64,000 bases of DNA from Octopus sinensis (Eukaryota), in contig NC_043003.1 in NCBI RefSeq assembly GCF_006345805.1, positions 75,144,001 to 75,208,000 on the forward strand. Reading direction: 5' to 3'. Below the pieces are notes generated by a model, which saw only the letters and a list, made by a program, of their open reading frames with translations, ran no database searches and was not told the origin of the DNA. Below, piece by piece: positions 42,946 through 56,800 of this stretch (positions are counted from its first letter, which is position 1; each line of letters opens with the position of its first letter). The translations under genes and the position numbers were made by a program.

Positions 42946-45619
42946 AGTTTCTTTATTGGCCACACAGGGCTGCACACAGATGGGACAAGTTACAAGGTAG
43001 AGCTTTTCTTTTGGGGAATGAAAAAAAGTGGGTGGCGTAGGTTTTCGATGAAGAGGGATCGTAAAAGGGAAGAAAAGAACAAAAACAAGAGAAATGAAAA
43101 GAGAAGAAAAAGGTGAAAAAAAGGGGAAGAGGAAAAAAAAGGGAACGATCAATAGGGATCGTGTATCACAGTGTTATGATACATGGTGTAAAGGGGAAAG
43201 CAAGTAAGGTTTATCCGTGGGAAGAAAAGCCTACGAAAAAGACCACGGTAACCTTGGTCAATATTGTTATATGTTACCACATTTGTTTGCAAGTGGGTAA
43301 CCCTCTGTTTTCAATTTCTGGGTTCATAGGATTATGCTCAAGGTGGCTTCGTTATTCATACGTGCCATCCTTGCTACATTCACCCATCTTTTTTAAAACA
43401 TTCGCTAGACAAAACTTGCCTCTCTACTCTCACTTTCCTTTTCAAGTGGTACTTGAAGAAGTTAATGAGAGATTGACCAGAGAGGAAAGTGTTTGTCTCC
43501 AATCTTTTCAGACGCGTCCACCAGATACATTCTTTCGCCATAGCCACAAGGATGATGAAAATAGCTCTTCCTTCCCGTTTGAAGGAAGGAGGCGTGACAA
43601 TATTGACGATAGACTCAGCTGATAAACCGACTCATCCCACACGTGACAGCAGATGTTCGACACAAGCCCACAGGTCGGAAATTGTTGGACACTGCACGAG
43701 TGCGTGCAGAATGGTTTCGTCGCTCTGACCGCATCTCGGGAAGGTCGGCCCCGTGTTTCTCGAGCCGTGTCTGTAGAGCTTATCCCGAACGGGTAGCGCT
43801 TCTCGGTAACACTGCCAGGCCAGGGATCTCTGGAAGTTGTCCATGGGCCCTGGCCCGAAAGTCGTCCTGAACAGGCGGGTCAGGTACTCCTCGTCGACGT
43901 CCAGGTTCGCCCCGAGCTCGTCGTCGTACCTCCCCTCCACTAATCCCCTATAGAATGCTTTGTTTGTGTTGAAGTCACTCAAGGTCGACCCAGGACGGCA
44001 GAGTTGCTTGAGAGCAACGCGACACTCGCGGTGCCATTCGCCCTTCCTCGGCCTCTTTTTTATCCACGACTGCAGTTCGGTCATGGAGATGAGCTGCGGG
44101 AAAGCGTGCCTCACAAACGGCAACAACACCTGTTCACCGTCGTCTACATAGAGCCAGAGATGTCGCAGTCTCAGGGCGTGTCTGCGCATCATCAACCACG
44201 GCATGCCCAGCCCTTCTTTTAACGGGTGTTGACAACAAATGGATCGCCTGACCATCGGGACGCATCCTTTCCACAAGAAGTGAAAGAGAATGCGTTGTAG
44301 TTTGGTGATGGTAGGGTCGGGACAAGGTACGACGGTCAGGCGGTAGTAGATGACGGACGCGATGTACGTGTTCGCCACCTCCGCCCGACCTTTTAGGGAC
44401 AGTTTCCTCTCGGCCCATTGCCGGGCGAGAGTGACCACCCTACTCGTTATCTCGTTCCAGTTCTTCTCCACTTGGAGGTCCTGCCAAACCAGACCCCGAG
44501 CAACTCAACCGGGCCGTCGGTCCAGCGTCCCACAACGGAGGCGCTGGTGGACGGCATGGGCTTGCTTCTCCAGGTGCCTAGTCGCAAGCCCACTGACTTT
44601 TCTTGGTTGATTTTCGCTCCTGTCACCGCTTCGTAGTTTTTCTGTGTCTCGCCGACCTGCTCGATGTGCTCGTGGCTAGACACTATGACGGTGACGTCGT
44701 CCGCGTATGCAGACACGCTCGTCCCGCATCCCAGTTCTCGAGGGATGCCCCTCAAAGTTGCCAGCTTCCGCAATAATGGCTCGAGAGTCAAAACGTATAG
44801 AAGCGACGAGAGGGGGCATCCCTGACGGACCGAACGTGCGATGTCGAAGGGTCTCGATAGATGTCCATTCACGCGAATTACCGAACGGATGCCTCTGTAC
44901 AAAGCGGCTATCCAGCCGCGGAAGACCGGACCGAAGCCAGCCGCTCTGAGGACCGTCTCCAAGTATCGATGGTCTACCCTATCGAAAGCTTTCGATTGAT
45001 CCAAATTGATCAGCGCTCCACCCATGCCAGGTTCGTTAACTACCCTGTCTATGATGTAGCGCATCAGGTCGAGGTTGTCATGGATGGTCCGGCCTGGCAC
45101 GGCGCATGTTTGCGCCTTGTCGACCAGTTTCTCTTGGCTAGCACCTTGGCCAAAATTTTCAAGTCTGCATTAAGCAGAGTGATGGGCCTAAAGTTATCTA
45201 TTACATTTCCCTTGTTTAGATCTTTCTTCAGCAGTGTTACGGCTCCTCGGCTCACAAAACCAGGAATGCTCCCGTTTTGCTGCCAGTTGCAGTACTCCGC
45301 CGCCAAGAGATCTCCAAACAAGTCTGGCATACAATTGTAAAGCTCGTAGGGTAGACCATCCAAACCCGGTGATTTGTCCCTCGAGCATTCTGCCATCGCG
45401 TCCTGCACTTCCGCCGCCGTGATGGCACCTTCGCAGCACCCTGCCTTTCTTGTCGAGAGTCGTTATAGGCTATGTAGGTAGGCACTGAAGTCCACCCTAC
45501 GTTCTTGCCCTCCACTCGTCCCGAACAGTCGGGCAAAATGCTGCTGAGAGGCCTCACACATTTTACTTGGCTCGAGCAATTCGCGCCCCTGTTCGTCTAC
45601 CAGGGACCGAATGGTGGCT

Positions 45620-45620
<1 letters not shown>
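42946..45620 (-). mobile_element. 5'-truncated Tx1-clade (L1 group) LINE, ORF2 plus 3' UTR, inside a (GATA)n tract
   Basis: KSPGLDGLPYELY; FRPITLLNADLKILAKVL; LDQSKAFDRVDH; VRQGCPLS; AYADD; zinc-finger-like LPVRDKL...CGQSDETILHALVQC; AATAAA near the 3' end; a few frameshifts and a stop at 43632. Confidence 0.93.
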
Positions 45621-45656
<36 letters not shown>

Positions 45657-47699
45657 GAGTAAAATATCTATAAGTATACTATTAGTGTGATAGCCTCACT
45701 AAATTTTCATTTGTTTCCATAAATCAAGTTTCAGAAAATATGGTAGAAGCGTATATCAATTTACTTGTTATAAATCTCATTAATAAATATGTTGCTGCTC
45801 AGGATGCAGATGGCAGTCGGAGTCTCATATACTGAATAAAGTCAGACAGACAATCATTGACAGACGTTTACTGAAGAAGATTTTAATTTTTTCATTTTAT
45901 TTTGACAAAAACAAATTTTTAACAAACAATAACTTCTGTAAACAGATGCATAAAATAAAATACCCACATACACATTGACATTTATACAAACATATATATG
46001 CATAATTTATATAAATTCATATACATGCACATATATATATAGAGAGAGAGTGAGAGACATAGAAAGAGAGAGAGACTGACCAATAGACAGAGATGCTTAC
46101 ATACATATATATATATATATATGTGTGTGTATGTGTGTGTGTGTGCGTGCGTATTTCGTCTGGTATCGATTAGTGATACTAACAAACTGCAGCCGAGTTC
46201 CTTCATTCTTTATCAATACTAAGCACAATATGGAATAAACAAAAATGTCAGTTAATCTATCTGAAAATGTTATTTAAATATAAACGCTGGAGATGATGAA
46301 TTGTAAAGCACGGTTTTTAAAGAAAAATAGAGTATGCATAGGTCATATTTTTTGAATTTCAGTTGTTAAGCAAGAATTTTTGAAACAATTGATGGTACAG
46401 AAAAAGTACTTAAACACTAGAATGAATAGAGAAATGAAATATTGCGGTAATAAAATATTTTTTACAATGTAAAAATATCGATAATGTTGTCAGTTTAAAA
46501 AATTTATTGCCGATTGAGAATACAGGGTGCACGTATGCATTTCTGTGTGTATGCAGTTGGTTGGTTTGTGTATGTATGCTGGTGTTTTGTGTTTGTGTGT
46601 ACATTTATGCTTAAGCTTTATTGCGAGTATATTCAATACTACAAAGTACACACACACACAGACACACGCACACATAGACACAGGGACACAGACAGAGACA
46701 CCCTCACCGTACACCCACGGATATATACAGATAGTTATGTGTATTAATGTCTGTGCGTTTATAGGCATGCAGAGATCACTAACACACAAAAAGTTTCCTG
46801 CACTTGTGTTCTTTGGATAATGTGTGCTGAATGAACATTCGTACAATGTTATATACATATACACGTCGGTACGTGTGTCATGTTTCTTATTTGCGTTCGT
46901 GTTGAATGCTTCTGTCTTTGTGAAAAATGCATTGAAGTATGTGTAAACGTTCAGCTATATACAAGTATTTATTAATATAAATTTATTTCAGATGAAATAG
47001 AGAATTAAAGTAGTAGCAGAAGTACATTTGTGTTGTAGGAGATAAAACAATGAAAGGAGAAAAACAAAAACGACAGCAATTATGCGTGAGAAAACAATTA
47101 AATTAAGAAACTGAGCGAATAAAATAAGACAGACAAGAAATATTTATCAACTTTCATTGATGTATAGTAATACATTTTAGAAATAATATCAAACAAAAAA
47201 ACAACTAATCACCAAACACTTGGTGCAGCCATGTAATAAAACATAGATTATGAAGTTGGAAATTTCATTACATATATATATATAAGAAAACAATTATGGA
47301 ATCGTCCAGGTGTCATGATTTTCGTTTCTCCTAAAAATTTGCTATATTAAAAATAAAACAAGCAGGATATGAAGGAAAATGATGAAATATTATATCTAAA
47401 ATTTAAATCGATATATTTTGTGAAACGGAACAGTCAGATATGATATGTTACAGCAAATAAATAAGATAAATTTGAGAAGTATTACACTGTATGTTATACA
47501 ACGAGAAAAAGAGAGAGAGAGAGATACATTGAAATATACTTGTAAAACAGAGGATCAAGGGAGGCTTGTTACCGTTTGCATTGTCCAATGCTGCAGTAAG
47601 AAATTGCGACATTTGTATGCTGTTAGAATATATTTAATAACAAAATCGTTTATACAGATATTCATTTCTACTCCAGAAACAAGGCCTGAAAGTTTTGGG

Positions 47700-48278
47700 G
47701 AGGGGGACAGTCGATTAGATCGACTCCGGTACACAGCTGATATCTAATTTATCGATCCCGAAAGAATGAAAGACAAGGTCGACCTCGGCGGAATTGGAAC
47801 TCAGTCGCTAAAGAGAGAGGAAATATACCTGCTAAGCATTTCGCCTGGCGCGCTAAAATTTCTTATTTCTTTACTGCCCACAAGAGGCTACACGACGAGG
47901 GGACAAACAAGGACATACAAACGGATTAAGTCGATTATATCGACCCAGTGGGTGACTGGTACTTCTTTAATCGACCCCGAAAGGATGACATCAAAGTCGA
48001 CCTCGGCGGAATTTGAACTAAGAATGTCGCGGCAGCCGAAATACCTATTTTTTTACTACCCACAAGGGGCTAAACACAGAGGGGACAAGCAAGGACAGAC
48101 AAACGTATTAAGTCGATTACATCGACGCCAGTGGGTAACTGGTACTTAATTTATCGACCCCGAAAGGATGAAAGGCAAAGTCGACCTCGGCGGAATTTGA
48201 ACTGAAAACGTAACGGCAGACGAAATATGGCTACGCATTTCGCCCGTCGTGCTAACGTTTCTACCAGCTCGCCGCCTT
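47700..48278 (-). mobile_element. Three tandem tRNA-derived SINE units (family B)
   Basis: Head AAGGCGGCGAGCTGGTAGAAACGTTAGCACG...GTTCAAATTCCGCCGAGGTCGAC; the B-box/body segment repeats three times at ~180-230-bp spacing. Confidence 0.85.
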
Positions 48279-48543
48279 AGAAAAATAATGATGCTGGCTT
48301 GGCTATTCGTTTATGAGGGCGAAAATACAAGAGGAATACACGTAAAACCATTAAATAAATAAATAAATAAAATAAAATGTGGTTGGTAGAAACTTTCTTG
48401 TAGATTGAACACGTGCAATGTTCAAGAGAAAAAGAGCGTCTCGAATACAGTAACGGTTTGATGTGGAAACAAATAAAAACCTAGAATGAACGGAAGTTCA
48501 ACGGAGCAATAACATTAAAACAGGGAAGTGTTGCTTTCTCTTA

Positions 48544-48936
48544 TTGTTGTTGCTGTTGTTTGTTTGTTTGTTGAGCGAAGCGGTCTTCGTCCCATTTGTG
48601 TGTAGCGGGAGAAGTTCCAAACGTGGTCCTTTGCTATTCGTAAGACCCGCAGAAGTGAAAGCAGGTCAACCCCCGACACCGAGAGCATCGACTGATGAAT
48701 GAATGCGCATCCAGGCTCAGCGGTTGCGTAGGAAGTCTGGGACAGGAAACAGGAAGAAAGAGTGAGAGAAAATAGGAGCCAAGGAATACAACAGGGGCCG
48801 CCACCATCCCTGCCGGAATCTCGTGTAGCTTTAGGTGTTTTCGCTCAATAAACACACACAATGCCCGGTCTGGGAATCGAAACCGCGATCCTCCGACAGC
48901 GAGTCCGCTACCCTAACCACTGGGCTATCGCGCCTC
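48544..48936 (-). mobile_element. Apparently full-length tRNA-derived SINE (separate family) with (CAAA)n/(CAA)n tail
   Basis: A box TAGCCCAGTGG, B box GGTTTCGATTCC, ~300-bp body and simple-repeat tail. Confidence 0.85.
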
Positions 48937-49378
48937 CTCTTGTTGATGTTGACATTATTGTTGTATCTGATGTTTCGAAACGTAGGAAATCAGTTTCACA
49001 GTAGCCAGCCTAGAGATAATTATACGAATGACTGGTCAGAATAATTTAGCTAGTTCGTAAGGTCATACGATTTTTAGGAGCAGTGACATACTTAAATGCA
49101 TATATATGCACACATATATATATATCCATGTATACAGCATACATACATGCTTAAATACATACATACATGCATATATCCATACATGCATACATACATACAT
49201 ACATACAGGCACACATATATATGGTGATCAGACACTCATATAACTTGTGTCACAAGTTTGCATGATTTTAGAGGCATATCCACGCTACCGGAGCTATGTG
49301 GTATATTACAAGTCAGAATGTATAATATATACGCTTTTCTTCGCTACACATATGCGAACCTTAAACTGAATGCTCACA

Positions 49379-49412
<34 letters not shown>

Positions 49413-49849
49413 ACAACGTTAACTCATACAATGAGTTAACTCGGTATAATGAATTAAAAACAAACTCACGCACACGCATGTAATATTGTAATTGGGTACT
49501 ATAATTGTGGTGTGTGTGTGTGTGTACTTTTAATATTTAGTAGCCAACTAATGCATACATTAATATTAGGTAGGTTTTACATCCTGTATGCACGTACCAC
49601 GATATTACATTACATGATATAGTACGAGCTGGCAAGTTGGGTTCGGCGACAACGTTCTTGGAATCAAGAAACAATTCACCTTTTATCGGGCTTCAAGGGA
49701 ACACGTAAGTGAGTTAACACCATAACATATAAATTTTTTATGACCGCTGAAAATAGAGTGAATCAAATCAATATTGTGTATATTCATTTTCAACTCATTC
49801 CAGTGGTCTTGAATATGAGCATGATTTTGGATATCGTCTTCATAGACGC

Positions 49850-51800
49850 GACACGCCCATTACCTATCTGTGAATAAAAAAAACCGCTCAATCTTATGAG
49901 GCAAGAAGACATTTAGTCACCGGTGTTTTGGAATATAAGCGTCCAATTTAAACTCTGAAGCTACAGAAGAATAATGGCTTCGCTCTTCAGAAATCTATGA
50001 AAGCTACAAACAAAGATGTACAGTTAAGGCTATAAAAGATGCCATAAATTTGATGTATTTATGGCGCCCGAAATATCTCTCTCTTTCCACAATAGCGAAA
50101 ACCTTCATGAAACCGCTAAATACAATTGAATTTACGGTAAGATAGACAGATCCTGACACTGAATCAATGTAAACATGTTGCTATTGTTTCCCATACCGAC
50201 ACAATATCAACACTGATATTCTACATGAAATAGTGTGTGTATATTTGCAGTTACCCAAGCATTATTTATGTTAATTTCTTTGGGACTGAGAGCAAAGCAC
50301 CCCTTGTTAATTTCTGTACTTCTTGTCATTCTCTGGAAGTAAACGTTTATTCTACGGACATCATTAAGATGTTACTGCAGCATTGCCAACAGTCTACATA
50401 TATTTTAGAGCGATATATATTTCAGTTCTCTCCCACCATACTTGTAATCCTTTATGGGAAAGCATGAAACTAAGACATTTCCTCAGTCTTGGCTCAGAGA
50501 CAGCAGTTACAGTTACTTCCATATTTCGCAAGAGATCCGCATCCCTATTGTTTTGACTTTGCTACACACATTACAGATGGTCGCAAGAGCATTTTTCGGG
50601 TCGGTTTAGTTATTCAATAAAATGTTGCTGCCAGTGATTCGTAATGTCCGCTTTTGTGGTGCATATGTAGGAACCATACTTACTTCTTAGTATGCATGAA
50701 CAACTTTGGGAACATCTGTCTCAGCAAGTTTTATTATTGATTATAAAATGTCATTTCCGTTCCTGGTCCTGTAATCAGACACCCATATGACATACTGTTT
50801 TGCAGTAAAACATTTGAGTGTGTGTTTATCTTGTAACGCATTCAATTTGGTTATGTCTTCAGAAGTGAGATAATTTAATTTTCGCTAAACAGGTAGGAGG
50901 ACAACCAGCATACTATCTGCTTTTTTTATTGCTTCGCGGAACAGCAACCTACTAGAATGTCTGGAGAAAGTGCCAGATAGAGCATTGTTGCTGTTGCTAC
51001 TCATACTTCGTAAATGCATCGAGCATTTCAATGCATTTTTAGTTTGCGTACAACCAATCTTCCGATAATTCATTTTTCTTAAAATCAAGTGATAAGAAAC
51101 GATTCTACGTCAGCGAATCATTCACATATCTCAAATTAAGTGTGCTAGTTATACACGCAATGATGACTATGCAGGTAAGACTACAGTCAAAGGATGCCAT
51201 AGATTCGATCTCTTTATTGGCCTGATCTTATAGAGTGCATAGTTCAACTCGGTACTCTCCATTCGAGTAGATATTTCATCAGTTATATCATTGCTAATGC
51301 CTCTCACTGTCGCACTAAAATTACAGAGTAAAAATCAGTTATTGTTTTGTTGATAACGTAACCAGTTAATATAAAAGGAATCGTAGAAGCACTCTATTTC
51401 ATCCCTCTCACTGAGTCTAGGCACTATGTACAGTTACATTCTATTTCAAGTTAGAGATTATTTCACCTTTCTTAGCTTACTTCATGGTACCAGAAGACAA
51501 GCCGACATCAGATATTCAGATATATTCATTTATTTGCCAGCATCTCTTGGAACTCTGTCTAGTTTACGTTTATCTATGATAATGTACTTAGCATATCTAT
51601 CAACTATTGAAATTCCATGAACATTCTTCAAGAATTAGCGATTTTAACAGAGCCTTGATATAACAAGTATCAACCATCAAACTCAAGAATGTTCTTCTTG
51701 CTTATTGTTACTTCAGAAATGGAGAACACAACCGGCGTAGCTACATACTGAGTTTCAGAGGCTGAGAAATATATATGACTAAATATATCTGGATGTCATC
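49850..51800 (-). mobile_element. Very decayed RTE-like LINE remnant
   Basis: YKYGGREL, NYRG-like and QC.YC.G (QCGFR-like) motifs in order; many stops. Confidence 0.35.
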
Positions 51801-52248
51801 AAATGTTCTAGCCGCTAATATTAATTTCTCTGTCGGATCACTTGTGCAGGTTTTTGGACGTCTACCACACTTCGACGAATTCACGGTACTCTTATCAGCT
51901 GAATGTAATTTGTCAGGAAGCGTATTTCAGCGTCCGCATTATGCCACATTCATTATATATCACCACTAAAAATAGAAGCCAACTGGACTAAATTTAACGC
52001 CATATCGCCGGTTATTCCTGAATTACACATCTCATGCACATACACCCAATCATTTTTCCTCCAACATCTTTTCACACTCTACATACTCCTTTCCACACTA
52101 CAAACCATTTCTATCTGTATATAATGCCTTTATAATTTAAACATATATATTTAAGCCTATACACAGCCAAAACACATTACTAGAACCTACATACACCCTT
52201 ACATCACATCAGGTACTTTTACATATAGGCTTGTCACTTCATATTTAC

Positions 52249-52303
<55 letters not shown>

Positions 52304-53664
52304 CACATACTGCTTCTCACAAGTTCCTACATATTTTTATTCCTTTATCTTCACTATATCATGCATATATAAAAACAGAGAAATAGATGGAGGGACAGAC
52401 AAATATACATACATACATGCATACATACATACATACATACATACATACACACATACATACATACAGACAGACAGACAGTCAGACAAATAGACAGACAGAT
52501 AGATAGATAGGTTGCTACATGAAAATGTGTGAATATATAAATGCTGCGAATGAATTCGATTTTTGAACTAAGTTGTATATATTCAGACATAATCTGCACC
52601 CGCCTTCACACATGAATTTCCGCACATGTATTTACGTGTGTGCGTATGAATGTTTACTCGTAAACACCACTTCATGCCCTCGAAGAAATAAACTGCATTG
52701 GAAACATTCAACATGTAAAGGGAATACATTAATAATTATATAAGAAAAGCTGTAATTTGTAACAAAATTTTAGTCCGTATATTTTCCAAGATCATAAGTA
52801 ATATGATATTGTATGGGGAATGTGTGATAAGACAGATGGCAAGCATAATTGGTTTGCCATCATATATATTTTAACATGGCATATAATATAACATGATTTG
52901 TTGTTAAAGACCTGAAGGTAACATGTTGATGAGAAAGATTTATATTACGCACTTCAACATTTCCTTCAAATGTGATATAATAGGCATCTATTCAGCAAGA
53001 TATATTTTCTCAGAATGGAAGTTTGTCTTCATATTACATTTGTCTCACTGGTTAAATTTTAATGCATCTAATATTCTGTACAACTCTAGTATTGTTTCTC
53101 GATTATATCTTTCTCTCTCTCACCCTCTCACTATCTTTCTCTGTACGTTTATTAATCTTGCTTGCACATGTGTTCTGAAAAGCACCGTTCGTATTCATGT
53201 ATATTTGTGTGTATGCGTATTTGTGGGAATAAGTAAACACACACGAACAATCTTGATGCGCATACACTGGTTCACACACACTTATGCCCATACACAGACA
53301 TACACGTAGGTACGCACACGAACACACAAACACACAAATCATCGAGTGTAAACTATGGGAAAAACAATGCCCAATCCCATTGTGGACAGTTGTATATCAT
53401 TTGGGTCGAGTTTGTCTTCTCTTTACTCTGAATTTTCCCTGTAGGCTTACATGATCCTCAGGCTAGTTTAGATTAGAAATAGATGGGATTGACACATCTG
53501 TATATAGTTTCCCTATTATTGCATATGGCCTTACAGACAAAGTGTGATAAAGGAGTAAAACGATAGAAAGAAACCGAAGAATAGAAAAGGGATAAAGGCT
53601 ATATGCATACATTTGTGTGTGTGTGTGTGTGTGTGTGAGTATGTATGTATGTATGTATGTATGT

Positions 53665-53732
<68 letters not shown>

Positions 53733-53734
<2 letters not shown>

Positions 53735-53880
53735 GGAGTAAACACATAACTGTGAAACAAGGTGGAAAAAAGAGTACTCAAATACCAGTGGTAGAGTAAT
53801 ATGCTTTATTTAAAGCAGCAGAGAATTCAACAAAACCTGTTATTCTGAGTTTCCCGTTGCCGTTCATCGGACAGTTTTTG
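53733..53880 (-). mobile_element. Short Penelope-like terminal repeat adjoining (TA)n, with degenerate HHR at 53837-53874
   Basis: Minus strand CTGT-CCGATGA-ACGGCAACGG-GAA-ACTCAGAAT-A-ACAG. Confidence 0.5.
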
Positions 53881-54355
53881 CTAGCAAGTAGATCATAAAT
53901 CGAATGCATCGATTTGATACTTCGAAAGGGACTGTCTCCTGTAAGATAAATCTTATCGTCTTCCCCAATACGTTTCTAGGATTGTGACTTTTCCAGCTTT
54001 ACTTTTTGGTAAAATATACTACAAATTGATCCGAAGGACAGCTTCAAAATCGAAGACATTTTTTTCTTTTTGTTAGGGAACAAATATTTTGAAACGTACA
54101 GTTAACAGAGTGATTTTATACTTTGTTGTTATTGTGAAATTCGACATTATATGTTAATTTAGAATTATAGATTGTACTGATCCTACGTTTTAGACTTCAG
54201 TCTGGTTAGCGCAAGCATTCGTCGATTCCCTTAATATGTTATACGTTCAAATGTGTATAAGAGCAATAAAAGTTCCTGATTTAGAGAAGCAATTACAAGT
54301 GAGAGGAACTGACCACTGATTGTTATGAATACACACATAATATAAGGAGACTTAT

Positions 54356-54545
54356 AAGGCGGTCAGCTGCCCGAATTCTCAGTATGCCGAGCGAAATACT
54401 TAGTGGCATTTCGTCAGTCTTCATGTTCTGATTTCAAATTCTGCCGAGGTCTACTTTGCCTTTTAACATTTCGAACTCGATAAAATAAGCACCAGTTGAA
54501 CTGTGGGATCGATGTAATCGACTTACCCCACCTCTGAAATTACTC
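54356..54545 (+). mobile_element. Degenerate SINE (family B)
   Basis: AAGGCGGTCAGCTG...TTCAAATTCTGCCGAGGTCTACTTTGCC. Confidence 0.7.
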
Positions 54546-54799
54546 TCCTTGCGCTAAAATTTGAAACCAGTATACAGCGGTTTAGATGTTTACTGCACAC
54601 CACATGTTATGCGGTGAAGGTGGCTGGTGCTGAAATAGAAATGGTATTAAATCGGTTTTTGATATAGCGATCAGCAGTTAAAGAATTTAAATTGACTTCT
54701 TTAAAAGAAAATAGGTATTAATATGATTCTAAAATTCTGTACGGCTTTAAAATTAGCACGTCTTTAAAATAGTACGTCTTTACAATTCTGCCTATAAAA

Positions 54800-55400
54800 T
54801 ACAATAATCTACATATTAGGCCACAAACATCATATCGCACATACATATACAGACATACATGTGGGAAGGTGAGAATGGGGAAAGGCAGATTATTAGATGT
54901 TATCATATTCGTCGCTGTTCATATTGTGCATCTATGTCCTATATCCTTTCGCTCTCACTTCATTCTTCATCTGAAATATCTCGACAAATTCGTTTGGACA
55001 ACCTGATTAGACTTATGCTTTCAGTATTTCACGATAGGTTGATTATATCATCACAACATTAAAAAGTTAATGCACCACTGCATCTAATTAATGATCGAGG
55101 TATATCTATCCAATCCGAATTTATTTGCCAATCATGCTGTATTAGAAATAGGAAGTAACGATGGCTCAGAATATTGCTATCAAACGATAGATAATTTCTG
55201 AATGAGAATACTTGCCAGTAAAAATAGTGAAAGGATGGATCATATTGATTAGTAAAATCCATATCGTATGCTAGAACAACGCTAATCAAGATTTTAGCAT
55301 CTCCAGGCAAACAAATATCTCCTGGGGTGTTTGAATAAATAGGAATGTGTAGAACTAAAATTAAACCAATATTCCAAAATAAGTTTCCACACTCGTCAGC
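54800..55400 (+). mobile_element. Ty3/Gypsy integrase remnant
   Basis: YMW...IRRCSYCA (HHCC end), APLHLINDRG (P..L.SD.G), SP...RTKI. Confidence 0.5.
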
Positions 55401-55949
55401 GCAATTATCAAAATATTGATGCTCTAGTTAAATGCAGTCGGGTGATATTCATAGACATATCAAGTGATTATATATCTATAGACGTAATTTATGTATGTCT
55501 GTGTCTATATTGACACAGATGGACGAACGATATTTACAATGTCAAGCACACACAAAAAGAGTGTTAGCGTTAGATAAAATCTTCGGACTTAAAGACTTCT
55601 CAGTGAATGGTTTCCATGGCTGAGAAAATATTTTCCATTATTCATTGTACTTTTCCACCATCCCTTACTTTAACACATTTCAGTTTAGCTAAAAGATTTC
55701 TAGTGTCCATAATACATCTGAAATATATTAATATAATGGTGCTTATATTTATCGATTTCTTTCTCAAACCAAACATTTCCCTCAATGCTTCGACGGAAAG
55801 ATCAATATATTTGAAGAGTCTTTGTCTATTATTAAAATTAAAAACCTCCAAAATATAATATTAAAAATGGAAATGGATACTTTTTCTTAATTAAAAAGAG
55901 TTCATAACTAGAGGAATTACATTCTAACTTCTAACTTGAAAATTATGCA

Positions 55950-56800
55950 ACTCTATGCCCCTTCAAAAATCTCACCACGCTTTGATCCTATTCTATGACG
56001 GACCAAAGAAATCTTTCTCAACGTGTCACCCAAACTACACAGACTTTACCATAATAATAATTTTAGGTAAGATGAGAATCTCCACGCTAGTGACATCAAT
56101 CGTGTTTGTAGATTTCTCTAAAGTTTCCGTAAACACAGACAGTACAAAAGCAGCAGTTAACATTCAGGTTGACTCTCCGTTTCTTTCGCTCTTTGAGATG
56201 GCAATGGACCTCATCATTAGGAAGAGACTTTGACCTCCCCCAAGACAAAGACCGCACTACGAAGCAAAAGTAATCAAGCAATCAGCAGAAATTGTGTCTC
56301 TCTGATTATGGCTATGCTGATGGGTTTGCTCTTACAATTAAACTTTTGTGTGAGACGCTAGACTTGTTGACATCAACTCGGAATACTGCAACCAAATCGG
56401 TGTGTTTCTAAAGAGATGAAAGAATTATATACAAATCCAACAATGAAGATCAAAGCCATCTACTATTTACTTCAGAGTAGAAGATCACTTGTTCCTTGGC
56501 CCCTACATGACTGAGAGTAAGACAGATTTATTCATATTAAATCAGCTACCCTGAAGTACTTCTAACAGGATTCAGAATATCTGGTATCCAAGCAAATTCA
56601 ATATCAACAATGAATGCTTTTATTGGGCACGTTCAGGGAGCAGCTTTATATTTATATCTGAAACGTAACCCTTGAGCAAGGAGCGTTATTGCCTTATTGG
56701 TAGACACTATAGTCTCCTCAGCAGGCTAAAGTTCATGTCAAGAATATTTGACCAACGGCGAAATTTATGAAAATGTTACAAACATGTCTACTTCTGTTAC
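55950..56800 (+). mobile_element. Decayed RTE-like LINE RT remnant
   Basis: IVFVDFSK and GYADGFAL (YADD-like) motifs. Confidence 0.5.

Noticed and set aside
48690-48760. CTGATGA...GAAAC inside a SINE
   Set aside because: No stem II or stem I pairing and antisense to the SINE; chance match.
48860-48936. tRNA gene call for SINE heads (also 48200-48278, 59875-59960)
   Set aside because: They continue into SINE bodies and lack a complete cloverleaf.
49630-49705. Segment ending in a perfect GTAAGT donor (also GTAAGA at ~51175)
   Set aside because: Weak acceptor and no recognisable peptide; the 51.2-kb site lies within a LINE remnant.
55059-55310. 83-aa minus-strand ORF that looks protein-like
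   Set aside because: It is the antisense of the Gypsy integrase remnant.
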